Source: an uncultured Actinomycetota bacterium (lineage in GTDB: Bacteria; Actinomycetota; Actinomycetes; Mycobacteriales; Mycobacteriaceae). From it: a DNA stretch of 64,000 nt. Every line of letters starts with the position of its first letter. Position 1 is the first letter of the stretch. Location: the NCBI GenBank assembly GCA_963808345.1, contig CAWEFM010000001.1, positions 472,884 to 536,883 of the forward strand, given 5' to 3'. Under the pieces are notes generated by a model. It ran no database searches. It was not told the DNA's origin and saw nothing but the letters and a program-made list of their open reading frames with translations. Shown one piece after another: positions 49,483 to 58,586 of this stretch. The position numbers were made by a program, and so were the translations under genes.

Positions 49483-49589
49483 CGACGCCCCTCTCACAAG
49501 CTCTGGTGCTCGCCGGCTAGAACGGCTCAACGTCTGCGTTGATACCCGTTGACATCTTTGGCAAACCGACGGCGGCAGCACCCAATCTC

Positions 49590-49618
49590 TTCACAACCTT
49601 AAAGGTTCACTTTTTTAA
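49590..49618. promoter_or_regulatory. Tandem operator TTCA-N5-TTAA-N3-TTCA-N5-TTAA upstream of crtE
   Basis: TTCACAACCTTAAAGGTTCACTTTTTTAA. Confidence 0.7.
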
Positions 49619-49679
49619 TCTCTAGCGGGAGGGGGTCGGTGCGGCCTGTATCACGCTCGGGCCGGCGGCAGCGTCGCAG

Positions 49680-50171
49680 TCAGGACCGCAACGGCGGCTC
49701 CGTCGCCGCGGTAGTCGCCAATCCTTCCAGCCACAGTTGGTGCTGGCGGTGCATACGGTTGGGCGTCAGCACATTGCCCAACCGGGCCAGCAAGCCATAT
49801 TGCGTCTCTTCGGTCCTGATGTGGCAGCCGCCGTCCGGGGTCGGGGTCAGCAGCCATGCATGGTAGGCCTCGACGCCTCGACCTTCAGCCAACCAGGCGA
49901 TACGTTGCATCGGCTCGAATTCGGTGACCTTCGTGCGCAGCCTCACCCCGAACGTCTTCCAGCGAAAGGTGGTGTGCTCGCCCAGTGCTTGCGCCCCTCC
50001 GTCGAGGACGACGTCGGCCGAATTCGAGTAGTAGGTCGGCCAAAGCGGAGCTTTGACCAGGCACGCCCAGACGTTCTGCACCGGCGCGGCGACGCTGAGT
50101 TCGTTGCTGACGAACACCGGTGCCCGCCGGGGATCGAACCGTTCCGGCCAGCGAATCGGTGAACTGTCCAC
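49680..50171 (-). CDS. SRPBCC family protein
   Basis: VAAPVQNVW..L....WP, FRWKTFG and TEETQ motifs. Confidence 0.8.
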   Translation of the reverse strand: MDSSPIRWPERFDPRRAPVFVSNELSVAAPVQNVWACLVKAPLWPTYYSNSADVVLDGGAQALGEHTTFRWKTFGVRLRTKVTEFEPMQRIAWLAEGRGVEAYHAWLLTPTPDGGCHIRTEETQYGLLARLGNVLTPNRMHRQHQLWLEGLATTAATEPPLRS

Positions 50172-50231
50172 GTTGCCTTGTATAACTCTTCTCCGGTGAA
50201 CGTTCGCCGATTTCCGGCATATCGTGAGCCG

Positions 50232-50855
50232 ATGACCGCCTCCCGACGTGAGCGCCTCGCGCTCGTCGAAACCTTTCGTGCTGTGGGACCCGACGCACCC
50301 ACCCTCTGCGGCGCATGGACCACCCGAGATCTCGCCGCTCACCTGGTGCTGCGGGAACGACGTCTCGACGCGACGCCTGGAATCCTGATTCCGGCGCTGG
50401 CCGGCTACACCGCCAAAGTGCAGGATCAACTCGCACGGTCGAAAAGCTGGGACGAGTTGGTCGACCTGGTGGCAGCCGGGCCGCCGCTGTACTCGCCGTT
50501 CAAGGCGCTGGACTCGGTGGCCAACCTCGGCGAGCTGTTCATCCATCACGAGGACGTGCGCCGCGCGGTCGAGGGCTGGCAGCCGCGGGCGCTCGATGCC
50601 TCGATCGCCACAGCGCTTCGCCGGCCGCTTCACTTGATGAGTCGGCTGACGCTGGCCAAGGCGCCGGCGCAAGTGGTGCTGCGAACATCAGGCGGTGAAC
50701 AAATAGCCGCTGTGGGCCGTGGTCCGGCGGTCACGGTGACCGGTGAAGCGCAGGAGTTGTTGTTGTTCGTCGCGGGCCGTGCGGTCGCGAATGTTGAGTT
50801 TGACGCCGATCCCGAGACTGTTGCCGCGGTGCAGGAAGCGCGGCGGAGCCTGTAG
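50232..50855 (+). CDS. TIGR03085-like mycothiol-dependent/DinB-superfamily metal-binding protein
   Basis: APTLCGAWTTRDLAAHL and ELFIHHEDVRRA motifs. Confidence 0.88.
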   Translation: MTASRRERLALVETFRAVGPDAPTLCGAWTTRDLAAHLVLRERRLDATPGILIPALAGYTAKVQDQLARSKSWDELVDLVAAGPPLYSPFKALDSVANLGELFIHHEDVRRAVEGWQPRALDASIATALRRPLHLMSRLTLAKAPAQVVLRTSGGEQIAAVGRGPAVTVTGEAQELLLFVAGRAVANVEFDADPETVAAVQEARRSL

Positions 50856-50870
50856 CGTCCGCCGATCGAT

Positions 50871-52229
50871 TCAGACGGTCGTGCGGCCGAGGACGTGGCG
50901 CAGGGCCTGCTCCAGCTGCGGGTGGCGGAACCGGTGACCGGCTCGTTGCAGGCGAGCAGCAACGACGTTCTGGTTCGCGCACGCGAGCTCGCGAGCGCCC
51001 TGCTCGCCGAGCAGCACCCGCGGGCCCAGCGGCGGCACCCGCAGCACCGCGGGCCGGTGCAGGACGTGTGCGAGGGTGCGGGTGTAGTCGATATTGCGGG
51101 CCGGCTGCGGTGCGACGGCGTTGACCGGTCCGGACAGTGCGGTGTCCCACAGCCCTCGGTGATAGATGTCGACGAGGTCATCGACGCCGATCCACGACAG
51201 CCACTGATGGCCATCGCCGATCGGCCCGCCGAGCCCGGCGCTGAACAGCGGGCGCAGCAGCCGAAGGGTGCCTCCGCGCGGGGACTGCACGATGCCGGTG
51301 CGCACCTGCATGACCCGAACGCCTGCCTGTTCGGCCGGGGTAGTCGCGCCTTCCCACTCGGCGACCACGTCGGCGAGGAAACCGTCGCCGCGGCCGCTGT
51401 CTTCGGTCAACGGCTCGTCGCCACGGTCATAGCCGTAAAACCCGATCGCTGACGCGGACACCAGCACAGCCGGCCGGTCGTCGCTGCGTGCGACCAGTTC
51501 GGCCAGGCGCCGGGTCGGCGCGATTCGGCTGTCGCGGATCGCACGGCGGTGTGCGTCACTGAACCGGCCGGCGATCGAGGCGCCGGCCAGATGGACCACC
51601 GCGTCCACCCCGGCCAGCAGCCCCGGGTCGGGGTCGTCCGGAATCCACCGCCGCTCAGCGGAATTCGTGGCGGCGTGGCGTACCAGCCGGATGACCCGGT
51701 GGCCGCCGGTGGTCAGGAAGGCGGTCAGCGCCGAACCGACCAGCCCGGAGGATCCGGTGACGGCGACGGTCTGCGGTGACAGGCCGTTCTCGGTGGCCCG
51801 GCGATGCGTTGCGAGATCGTCGGCCAGCTGCTGATGCCGGTAGCTGAACATCGGGCGCAGCGCGAACGCCGGGACCGGGGTGTCAACGCGATCGATCACC
51901 CGGGTGCGCATGCCGTCGACCTCGGCGAAGTCGTGCGTGTGCCGCCAGCGGACGGCCCACCGGACCGGCAGCGACGCCGGCCCGTCCGAGCCGATCTGGT
52001 CGACGAAACGCCGCGGCGGGTCGTAGGCGTCGGGCTGGTGGTCGGCGACCCAGCGCAGCCCGCCGGGCAGCGCCAGCCGGGCCTGGCCGTCGGCCAGCGA
52101 GTCGGCTTCGTTGAGCAACCGCATCGGCGACCAGGGCGGCGACAGCCGGGCGAAGGCTCCCGGCCGGCCGTGCCAAGCGAACACCTCATCGCGCGGCGCG
52201 TCGACCACGCTGGCGTACTGCAGACTCAT
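50871..52229 (-). CDS. SRPBCC-fused TIGR01777 epimerase-family protein
   Basis: VFAWHGRPGA N-terminus, GSSGLVG, HLAG, SASAIGFYG and GPVNAVAP motifs. Confidence 0.9.
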   Translation of the reverse strand: MSLQYASVVDAPRDEVFAWHGRPGAFARLSPPWSPMRLLNEADSLADGQARLALPGGLRWVADHQPDAYDPPRRFVDQIGSDGPASLPVRWAVRWRHTHDFAEVDGMRTRVIDRVDTPVPAFALRPMFSYRHQQLADDLATHRRATENGLSPQTVAVTGSSGLVGSALTAFLTTGGHRVIRLVRHAATNSAERRWIPDDPDPGLLAGVDAVVHLAGASIAGRFSDAHRRAIRDSRIAPTRRLAELVARSDDRPAVLVSASAIGFYGYDRGDEPLTEDSGRGDGFLADVVAEWEGATTPAEQAGVRVMQVRTGIVQSPRGGTLRLLRPLFSAGLGGPIGDGHQWLSWIGVDDLVDIYHRGLWDTALSGPVNAVAPQPARNIDYTRTLAHVLHRPAVLRVPPLGPRVLLGEQGARELACANQNVVAARLQRAGHRFRHPQLEQALRHVLGRTTV

Positions 52230-52269
52230 CGCTCGACGGTACAGCGACGGGCAGCACCTCGAGCAGCAG

Positions 52270-53511
52270 CTAGCGGTCCGGCAACGCGTGCTCGACGATG
52301 GGCAGTCGGGGCCGCGGCTGGCGTTCGGAGCGCTTGGCGGACAGATACACCTGGGCGGTTTGCTCGGCTACGGTACGCCAGTCGAAGTCGGAGGTCAGCC
52401 GTTGTCGAGCGGCCCGGGCGCGCCGCTGGGCGGCGGCTGGATCGTCGAGCACCGTGCGCACCGCCAGCGCCAGGCCGGCGACGTCTCGGGGCGGGAAGGA
52501 CGTTCCCGTCTGGCCGTCGATCACCGCCTCACCGAGGCCGCCGGTGTTCGACGTCACCAGTGGGATGCCGGCCGCGGCGGCTTCCAGGGCGACGAGTCCG
52601 AACGGCTCGTAGTGGCTGGGAAATACCGCGGCGTCGGCGCGATGGAGCAGGGTCAGCAACTGCTGGTGGTCGGCGCGCCCGAGGAACTTCGTCGCCTTGA
52701 GCACCCGGTGCTTGCGGGCCTGTTCGACGAGCCAGTCCTGCTGCGTGCCGTCCCCGGCAATGGTCAGCGTCGTCCCGGGGTGCGTGCTCCTGATACGGGG
52801 CAGTGCGGCAATGACGTCGTGGACACCTTTCTCGTATTCCAGCCGGCCGACGAACAGCAGTTCGGCCGGCCCGCTGCGGCGGCGACGCAACGCGAACGGC
52901 CAGCGGGCCGCGTCAATACCGTTGCGGATCACGGTGATCTCGGACAAACCCGGTCCGAACAGCTCAGTGATCTCATCACGCATCGAGGCCGAACAGGTGA
53001 TCAACGAATCGGATTCGCGCACCAGCCACGACTCGAGCGCGTGCACTTGACGGCTGATCGGCCCGGCAACCCAGCCGGAATGCCGACCTGCTTCGGTAGC
53101 GTGCATGGTGGAAATCATTGGCACGTCGAAAAATTCGGACAGTGCGATGGCGGGGTGGGCCACCAGCCAGTCGTGCGCGTGCACCACGTCGGGACGCCAG
53201 GCGCGCCCCCCGGTCTGCTTCAGCGCGAGCCCGGCGCGGATCATGGCGTGGCCCATGGCCAGCGTCCAGGCCATCATGTCGCTGCTGAAGGTGAACTCGT
53301 GCGGATCATGCGCCGCGGCGACCACCCGCACACCGTCGCTGATGTCCTCGGAGGTCGGGTGGGTGCTCGGATCGGTGGCGGTCGGGCGGCGCGACAACAC
53401 GACCACTTCGTGTCCGGCGTCTGCCAGCGCAGTCGACAGCTGGTGCACGTGTCGGCCCAGCCCGCCGATCACCACCGGCGGGTACTCCCACGACACCATC
53501 AGGATTTTCAT
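52270..53511 (-). CDS. GT4 alpha-1,4-glucosyltransferase (Rv3032 homolog, MGLP/glucan synthesis)
   Basis: SWEYPPV..GGLGRHV, HAHDW and YEPFGLVALEA motifs, synteny. Confidence 0.93.
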   Translation of the reverse strand: MKILMVSWEYPPVVIGGLGRHVHQLSTALADAGHEVVVLSRRPTATDPSTHPTSEDISDGVRVVAAAHDPHEFTFSSDMMAWTLAMGHAMIRAGLALKQTGGRAWRPDVVHAHDWLVAHPAIALSEFFDVPMISTMHATEAGRHSGWVAGPISRQVHALESWLVRESDSLITCSASMRDEITELFGPGLSEITVIRNGIDAARWPFALRRRRSGPAELLFVGRLEYEKGVHDVIAALPRIRSTHPGTTLTIAGDGTQQDWLVEQARKHRVLKATKFLGRADHQQLLTLLHRADAAVFPSHYEPFGLVALEAAAAGIPLVTSNTGGLGEAVIDGQTGTSFPPRDVAGLALAVRTVLDDPAAAQRRARAARQRLTSDFDWRTVAEQTAQVYLSAKRSERQPRPRLPIVEHALPDR

Positions 53512-55094
53512 CGCGGCAGTCTTCGCGCGTCCAACGCCCCGAAGAGCCCGTCGGCCCGGTTCCAGCCGTCGGCGAGCCGCTGCGCTGCCTCGCGCCGGCC
53601 CGACGCCAGCGCCCCGGCGATCTCCCGGGTGGCGTGCGCGTGCAGATGCGCGCGGTAGCGGGCATAGTCGGCCGCCGAATCCTTGCTCACCATGAACGGC
53701 CAATCGCTGGACACCGTCAGCAGCGTCTCCCGCAGGATCTGGTCGGCGATGCGGTCGCGGGGGGTGGGGCCGTCCAACGACGCAGGCTGGGCCAGCGCCT
53801 TGTCGACCGTGCTCAGCGCCGTGTCGACCACCTCGAGGTTGAGCTGCACCAGATCAGCGACCTTCTCGCCGGCCCACACCTGCCAGTCCTTGCCCGAACC
53901 CCAGGAGCTGCGTGGTATGTCGACCGGCGAGCCGACGAATCCACCCGTGACCGCGTCGCGCAGCGTGCCGACCCGCACGCCGGCGGCCGGCAGTGCCCGC
54001 AGCACCCGCGCCAACCAAACCGGTCCCTCGTACCACCAGTGGCCGAACAGTTCGGTGTCGAACGCCGCCACCACGTGGGCGGGGCGGCCGATCCGCTCGG
54101 ATTCGGTGAGCAACCGGCGGCGCACCACGTCGACGAAGTCGGCGACGTGCTCATCGACCGCGCGGTCGGCGCGCTCGGGATCGTAAGGCGCCTTGGCTTC
54201 CGAGGGGACACTGCGGCCGGTGACGCGTGCCGGCTTCAGGCCGGTGTGGTGGTCGTAGGTGTGGAAGTCGCGGTAGGCGGCGTGGCCGGGGTAGCCGGAT
54301 TTCGGCGACCACACCCGGTAGCTGACCTGAAGGTCGCGCCCGAACGCCACCACGTCGGTGTCACCGACCGGCCGGCCCAACGCGGTGTCGCCGTGCAACG
54401 ACGGTCCGTCGACCATGAAGTGACCGACGCCGGCGGCGGCGTACTCGTACTCCATGCCCGGTGCGTATGCGCATTCCGGCGCCCAGATGCCGGTCGGTGT
54501 GTGAGCCAGCCGCTGCTGCGCGTCGGCGAGGCCCTCACGCAGCGCGAATTCGCGGAGCCGCGGCGTGAGCAGCGGTGCAAATGGGTGTGAGAGAGGACCG
54601 CCCAGCAGTTCCAGGGTGCCCGTGTCGATGAGTGCGCGCAGCAGCGGACTGGCGCCGTGGCGCCACAGGGTGGCGAAGTCGGCGAGCGCTTGGCTGGCTT
54701 CGGCGTGCTCGCGTATCCCGAACGCCCGCAGCGTGTCCGGCTGACGCGCTGCGGATGAAGCGGAGGTGAGGGCGGGCCGGGCGCCGGCGGCTTCGGCGGC
54801 GCGCATCTGCCAGTTGGCCAGCCAGTGGTACATGCCGTCGAGGCAGTACGGATCGTCGAGTTGCGCGGTCACCACCGGCGTCATCCCCAGCGTGACCAGC
54901 CGCTGCCGGTCCTCGCCGGCCAGCGTGTGCAGCACCCGCAGCAACGGCAGGTAAGAAGCTGACCAGGATTGATAGAGCCACTCCTCGCCGACCGGCCAGC
55001 GACCGTGATGCGCCAGCCAGGGCAGGTGGGTGTGCAGGACCAGGCTGAAAAGACCCGGCACCCGGCTACCGGTCGGTCGATTCATCTGCGCCAC
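53508..55094 (-). CDS. GH57 branching-enzyme-like protein (Rv3031 homolog)
   Basis: LHTHLPW, WAPECAY, FDTELFGHWW and SSDWPF motifs. Confidence 0.93.
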   Translation of the reverse strand: MAQMNRPTGSRVPGLFSLVLHTHLPWLAHHGRWPVGEEWLYQSWSASYLPLLRVLHTLAGEDRQRLVTLGMTPVVTAQLDDPYCLDGMYHWLANWQMRAAEAAGARPALTSASSAARQPDTLRAFGIREHAEASQALADFATLWRHGASPLLRALIDTGTLELLGGPLSHPFAPLLTPRLREFALREGLADAQQRLAHTPTGIWAPECAYAPGMEYEYAAAGVGHFMVDGPSLHGDTALGRPVGDTDVVAFGRDLQVSYRVWSPKSGYPGHAAYRDFHTYDHHTGLKPARVTGRSVPSEAKAPYDPERADRAVDEHVADFVDVVRRRLLTESERIGRPAHVVAAFDTELFGHWWYEGPVWLARVLRALPAAGVRVGTLRDAVTGGFVGSPVDIPRSSWGSGKDWQVWAGEKVADLVQLNLEVVDTALSTVDKALAQPASLDGPTPRDRIADQILRETLLTVSSDWPFMVSKDSAADYARYRAHLHAHATREIAGALASGRREAAQRLADGWNRADGLFGALDARRLPR

Positions 55095-55149
55095 TCCTCG
55101 ATGCCGGCTTGGCAGCTGTTCAAGCCGGCATCACCGACCGCGGTGCGGC

Positions 55150-55962
55150 TCACGGCCGCACCGCGGTCGCGATCAGATCGAGACTGTCATCGATGCGGCG
55201 GATGTCCTGCGGATCTTCTGACCCCACCACGTCGAAGTCGGCCGCGGTCACCGAGGCGACATCGCGCAACAGTTCGGCGGGCCAGGGTGCGTCGGCGATC
55301 GCCCGGGCGATCTGGGCGTTGATGATCGAGCCGCCGTGCCGGGCGTCCATCTCCAGCAGCCGTGGTCCATGAAAAACTCCGTACACCCCGTCCATCGCCA
55401 ACCCGCCGTCGACCAGCAGTTCGATCAGTTCATCGGCGTTCAGCTCGCGGGTGTGGAAGGGATTGATCGGAGTGTCGCGGCCGGGGGAGAAGGTGATCCG
55501 GTTGGGTGTGGACACCATCAGCAGTCCCGACGGCCGCAGCACCCGGGCGCACTCCCGGATGAATCCAGGCTGGTCCCACAGGTGCTCGATGACCTGGAAA
55601 TTGACCACGGCGTCGACTGAGCCGTCAGCCAGCGGAAGCTCCTTCAGGTTGGCATGCATCACCTCCACTGCGGGATAGCGGGCGCGCACGTGGGCCACTG
55701 TGGCGGTGTCGTAGTCGACGGCGATCACCCGGCGGGCCACGTGCGCGATCAAGTCGGCTCCGTACCCCTCCCCGCAACCGGCCTCGAGCACATCGCGGCT
55801 CGCGCACCGCCCAGCCAGCCGCTGATAGACCACTTCGTGGCGGCGAAACCAGTAGTTCTCCACTTCCAGGCCCGGAATGGTGCGCTCGCCGGTCAGCATC
55901 AAGGCCGCATCGGCGCCTGGCGGATCGTCGACGGGACGGTGATCGGGGGCAAAAGCGGTCAT
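55150..55962 (-). CDS. SAM-dependent methyltransferase (Rv3030 homolog)
   Basis: LTGERTIPG..ENYWFRRH and LEAGCGEGYG motifs. Confidence 0.93.
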   Translation of the reverse strand: MTAFAPDHRPVDDPPGADAALMLTGERTIPGLEVENYWFRRHEVVYQRLAGRCASRDVLEAGCGEGYGADLIAHVARRVIAVDYDTATVAHVRARYPAVEVMHANLKELPLADGSVDAVVNFQVIEHLWDQPGFIRECARVLRPSGLLMVSTPNRITFSPGRDTPINPFHTRELNADELIELLVDGGLAMDGVYGVFHGPRLLEMDARHGGSIINAQIARAIADAPWPAELLRDVASVTAADFDVVGSEDPQDIRRIDDSLDLIATAVRP

Positions 55963-56112
55963 TGGAGAGCAGGCTATCGGCGAAGCGCCGCGGGGGCGAA
56001 CGGGTCGCCACGGATCCGGGTGCGAAGCCGCAGCCCGCGGGGATGTGGGCCACGCAACAACCGAAGGAGGAAGCGGCGAACACCCGATCCGACCAGCTAT
56101 GGTGAAGGAGCA

Positions 56113-56153
56113 GTCCGAACTAAGTTACCGGCTAGTAACATGCGAGTTCGGAC
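56113..56153. promoter_or_regulatory. Palindromic site upstream of fixA (GTTAC-N6-GTAAC inside GTCCGAACT...AGTTCGGAC)
   Basis: GTTAC at 56124-56128 and GTAAC at 56135-56139. Outer arms at 56113-56121 and 56145-56153. Confidence 0.55.
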
Positions 56154-56221
56154 GCATAGTCGCTACCACAAATTCTGCCGCGGACCGCGGCCGAATCCTT
56201 CGAGGAGGATTAACCACACCC

Positions 56222-57022
56222 ATGACGAACATCGTGGTTCTGATCAAGCAGGTTCCCGACACCTGGTCGGAGCGCAATCTTACCGACGGTGACTACACCT
56301 TGGACCGTGAGGCAGCGGACGCGGTACTCGACGAAATCAACGAACGTGCCGTCGAAGAGGCGCTGCTGATCCGGGAGAAAGAAGCCACTGACGGCGCTGA
56401 GGGATCGGTGACCGTCCTGACCGCGGGCCCGCAGCGCGCCACCGAAGCGATTCGCAAGGCGCTGTCGATGGGCGCCGACAAGGCGGTCCATCTGCTCGAC
56501 GACGGGCTGCACGGCTCCTGCGTCGTGCAGACCGGCTGGGCGTTGGCCCGCGCGTTAGGCACCATCGAGGGCACGGAACTGGTCATCGCCGGTAACGAGG
56601 CCACCGACGGCGCAGGCGGCGCCGTGCCGGCCGTCATCGCCGAGTACCTGGGCCTGCCGCAACTTACCCACATGCGCAACCTGACCGTCGGTGACGGCAA
56701 GATCACCGGCGAGCGCGAAACCGACGACGGGGTGTACACACTCGAGGCTGCGCTACCGGCCGTGGTGAGCGTGAACGAGAAGATCAACGAACCGCGCTTC
56801 CCGTCCTTCAAAGGCATCATGGCCGCCAAGAAGAAGGAAGTGACCACTCTCACCCTCGCCGAGATCGGTGTCGAGGCTGACGAGGTGGGATTGGCGAACG
56901 CCGGTTCGAAGGTGCTGACGGCCAACCCGAAACCGCCGAAAACCGCCGGCGAGAAGGTCACCGACGAGGGTGACGGTGGCAGCAAAATCGCTGAGTACCT
57001 GGTCGGTGAGAAGCTCATCTGA
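56222..57022 (+). CDS. fixA: Electron transfer flavoprotein beta subunit
   Basis: MTNIVVLIKQVPDT, ALSMGAD and NEPRFPS motifs. Confidence 0.97.
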   Translation: MTNIVVLIKQVPDTWSERNLTDGDYTLDREAADAVLDEINERAVEEALLIREKEATDGAEGSVTVLTAGPQRATEAIRKALSMGADKAVHLLDDGLHGSCVVQTGWALARALGTIEGTELVIAGNEATDGAGGAVPAVIAEYLGLPQLTHMRNLTVGDGKITGERETDDGVYTLEAALPAVVSVNEKINEPRFPSFKGIMAAKKKEVTTLTLAEIGVEADEVGLANAGSKVLTANPKPPKTAGEKVTDEGDGGSKIAEYLVGEKLI

Positions 57023-57081
57023 CTCTCGCGACACCGCTGATCCGCACACCCACTTCGACACTGGAAGACGCGAACCAACTC

Positions 57082-58038
57082 ATGGCTGAAGTACTGGTAC
57101 TGGTCGAGCACGCCGACGGCGCGCTGAAGAAGGTCACGACCGAATTGCTCACCGCCGCCCGGAAGCTGGGCGAGCCCGCCGCCGTCGTCGTCGGCGCTCC
57201 CGGCACCGCAGAGCCGCTGATCGACGGGCTCAAGGCGGCCGGCGCCGAGAAAATCTACGTCGCCGAATCAGACATCGTCGACAACTATCTGGTCACGCCG
57301 TTCGTCGACGTGCTGGCCTCGCTGGCCGAATCGGCCAGCCCGGCCGCGGTCCTGCTGTCCTCCAACGCCACCGGTAAGGAGGTGTCTGGCCGGCTGGCCG
57401 CGCGGACCGGCGCGGGCCTGCTGGTCGACGTGGTCGACGTAGGGGAAGGCGGCAAAGGCGTGCACTCCATCTTTGGTGGTGCGTTCACCGTGGAGGCGCA
57501 AGCTAACGGTGACACCCCGGTGATCACCGTGCGGGCCGGGGCGATCGACGCCGAACCCGCCGACGGTGCCGGCGAGCAGGTCACCGTCGAGGTCCCTGAA
57601 CCTGCGGAGAACGCCACCAGGATCACCGACCGCCAGCCCGCGGTCGCCGGGGACCGCCCAGAGCTCACCGAAGCCACGATCGTGGTGTCCGGCGGCCGTG
57701 GTGTGGGCAGCGCCGAAAAGTTCAGCGTGGTCGAGGATCTCGCCGATTCGCTCGGCGCGGCTGTCGGCGCGTCGCGCGCCGCGGTGGACTCCGGCTACTA
57801 CCCGGGCCAGTTCCAGGTGGGTCAGACCGGCAAGACGGTCTCGCCGCAGCTCTACATCGCCCTGGGCATCTCCGGGGCGATCCAGCACCGCGCCGGTATG
57901 CAGACGTCGAAGACCATCGTCGCGGTGAATAAAGACGAAGAGGCACCGATCTTCGAGATCGCCGACTACGGCGTGGTCGGCGACTTGTTCAAGGTGGCTC
58001 CGCAACTCACCGAGGCGGTCAAGACCCGCAAGGGCTGA
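57082..58038 (+). CDS. fixB: Electron transfer flavoprotein alpha subunit
   Basis: [21 protein letters not shown] and GISGAIQH motifs. Confidence 0.97.
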   Translation: MAEVLVLVEHADGALKKVTTELLTAARKLGEPAAVVVGAPGTAEPLIDGLKAAGAEKIYVAESDIVDNYLVTPFVDVLASLAESASPAAVLLSSNATGKEVSGRLAARTGAGLLVDVVDVGEGGKGVHSIFGGAFTVEAQANGDTPVITVRAGAIDAEPADGAGEQVTVEVPEPAENATRITDRQPAVAGDRPELTEATIVVSGGRGVGSAEKFSVVEDLADSLGAAVGASRAAVDSGYYPGQFQVGQTGKTVSPQLYIALGISGAIQHRAGMQTSKTIVAVNKDEEAPIFEIADYGVVGDLFKVAPQLTEAVKTRKG

Positions 58039-58061
58039 CTGTCTGGGCGGCTACCCGCAAG

Positions 58062-58089
58062 AATCCGACACGCTGCGGCGTGTCGGATT
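58062..58089 (+). terminator. Hairpin after fixB (AATCCGACACGC-TGCG-GCGTGTCGGATT)
   Basis: Perfect 12-bp stem with 4-nt loop, between convergent genes. Confidence 0.6.
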
Positions 58090-58133
58090 TGCGTTCGCTC
58101 GGGCACGTTGTGGCCGGCGGTGTCTCTGACTCA

Positions 58134-58567
58134 CTAATAATCAATCGATTGCTTGACGAGAGTGTGATCGCCAGGCGCGGGCAGGCTTGCCGCTGGGGAG
58201 TCTGGGCGCGCCCCGAAATACACCAAACCTCCCTCGTCCCCGCCGCGCTCGAGATGCGGCTTGGAGTCGTTTGCGGTGAGCGCGTAGTCACCCGCACGGC
58301 GAAAGCGATGATTGCCAATCGAACCGTCGGGTTCGACGTCCCACAGGTGCTGCTCGCCGGCGAGGACGATGACGCTGGAGGTGGCCGCATGGCGATGAAT
58401 CGGGCAGTGGCCGCCATCGCCTTGCCAGCGCACGACCATGTCGAGTGTGCCGGCGTCCCGGTCGTAGCCAAAATGGTGTAGTCGTGACGAATCTTGTACT
58501 TCGATCCCGGGCGCCCGGTCACTTCCTTTTACCGGTGGCGCGATGCGTCGAACGTGCCTTCGGTCAT
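58134..58567 (-). pseudogene. Cupin-fold protein pseudogene
   Basis: MTEGTFDASRHR*KEVTG... has an in-frame TAA at 58529-58531. A frame change near 58469 joins HDYTIL to GYDRDAG...CPIHRH..TSSVIVLAGEQH. Confidence 0.7.
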
Positions 58568-58586
58568 GGTGCAACCTCCTGCAGTG

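Noticed and set aside
22830-52260. Photoprotection block as a recently acquired mobile island
   Set aside because: No integrase, transposase or flanking direct repeats were seen. As I recall, crt genes occupy this position next to the Rv3032 homolog in M. smegmatis, so it is more likely a variable ancestral locus.
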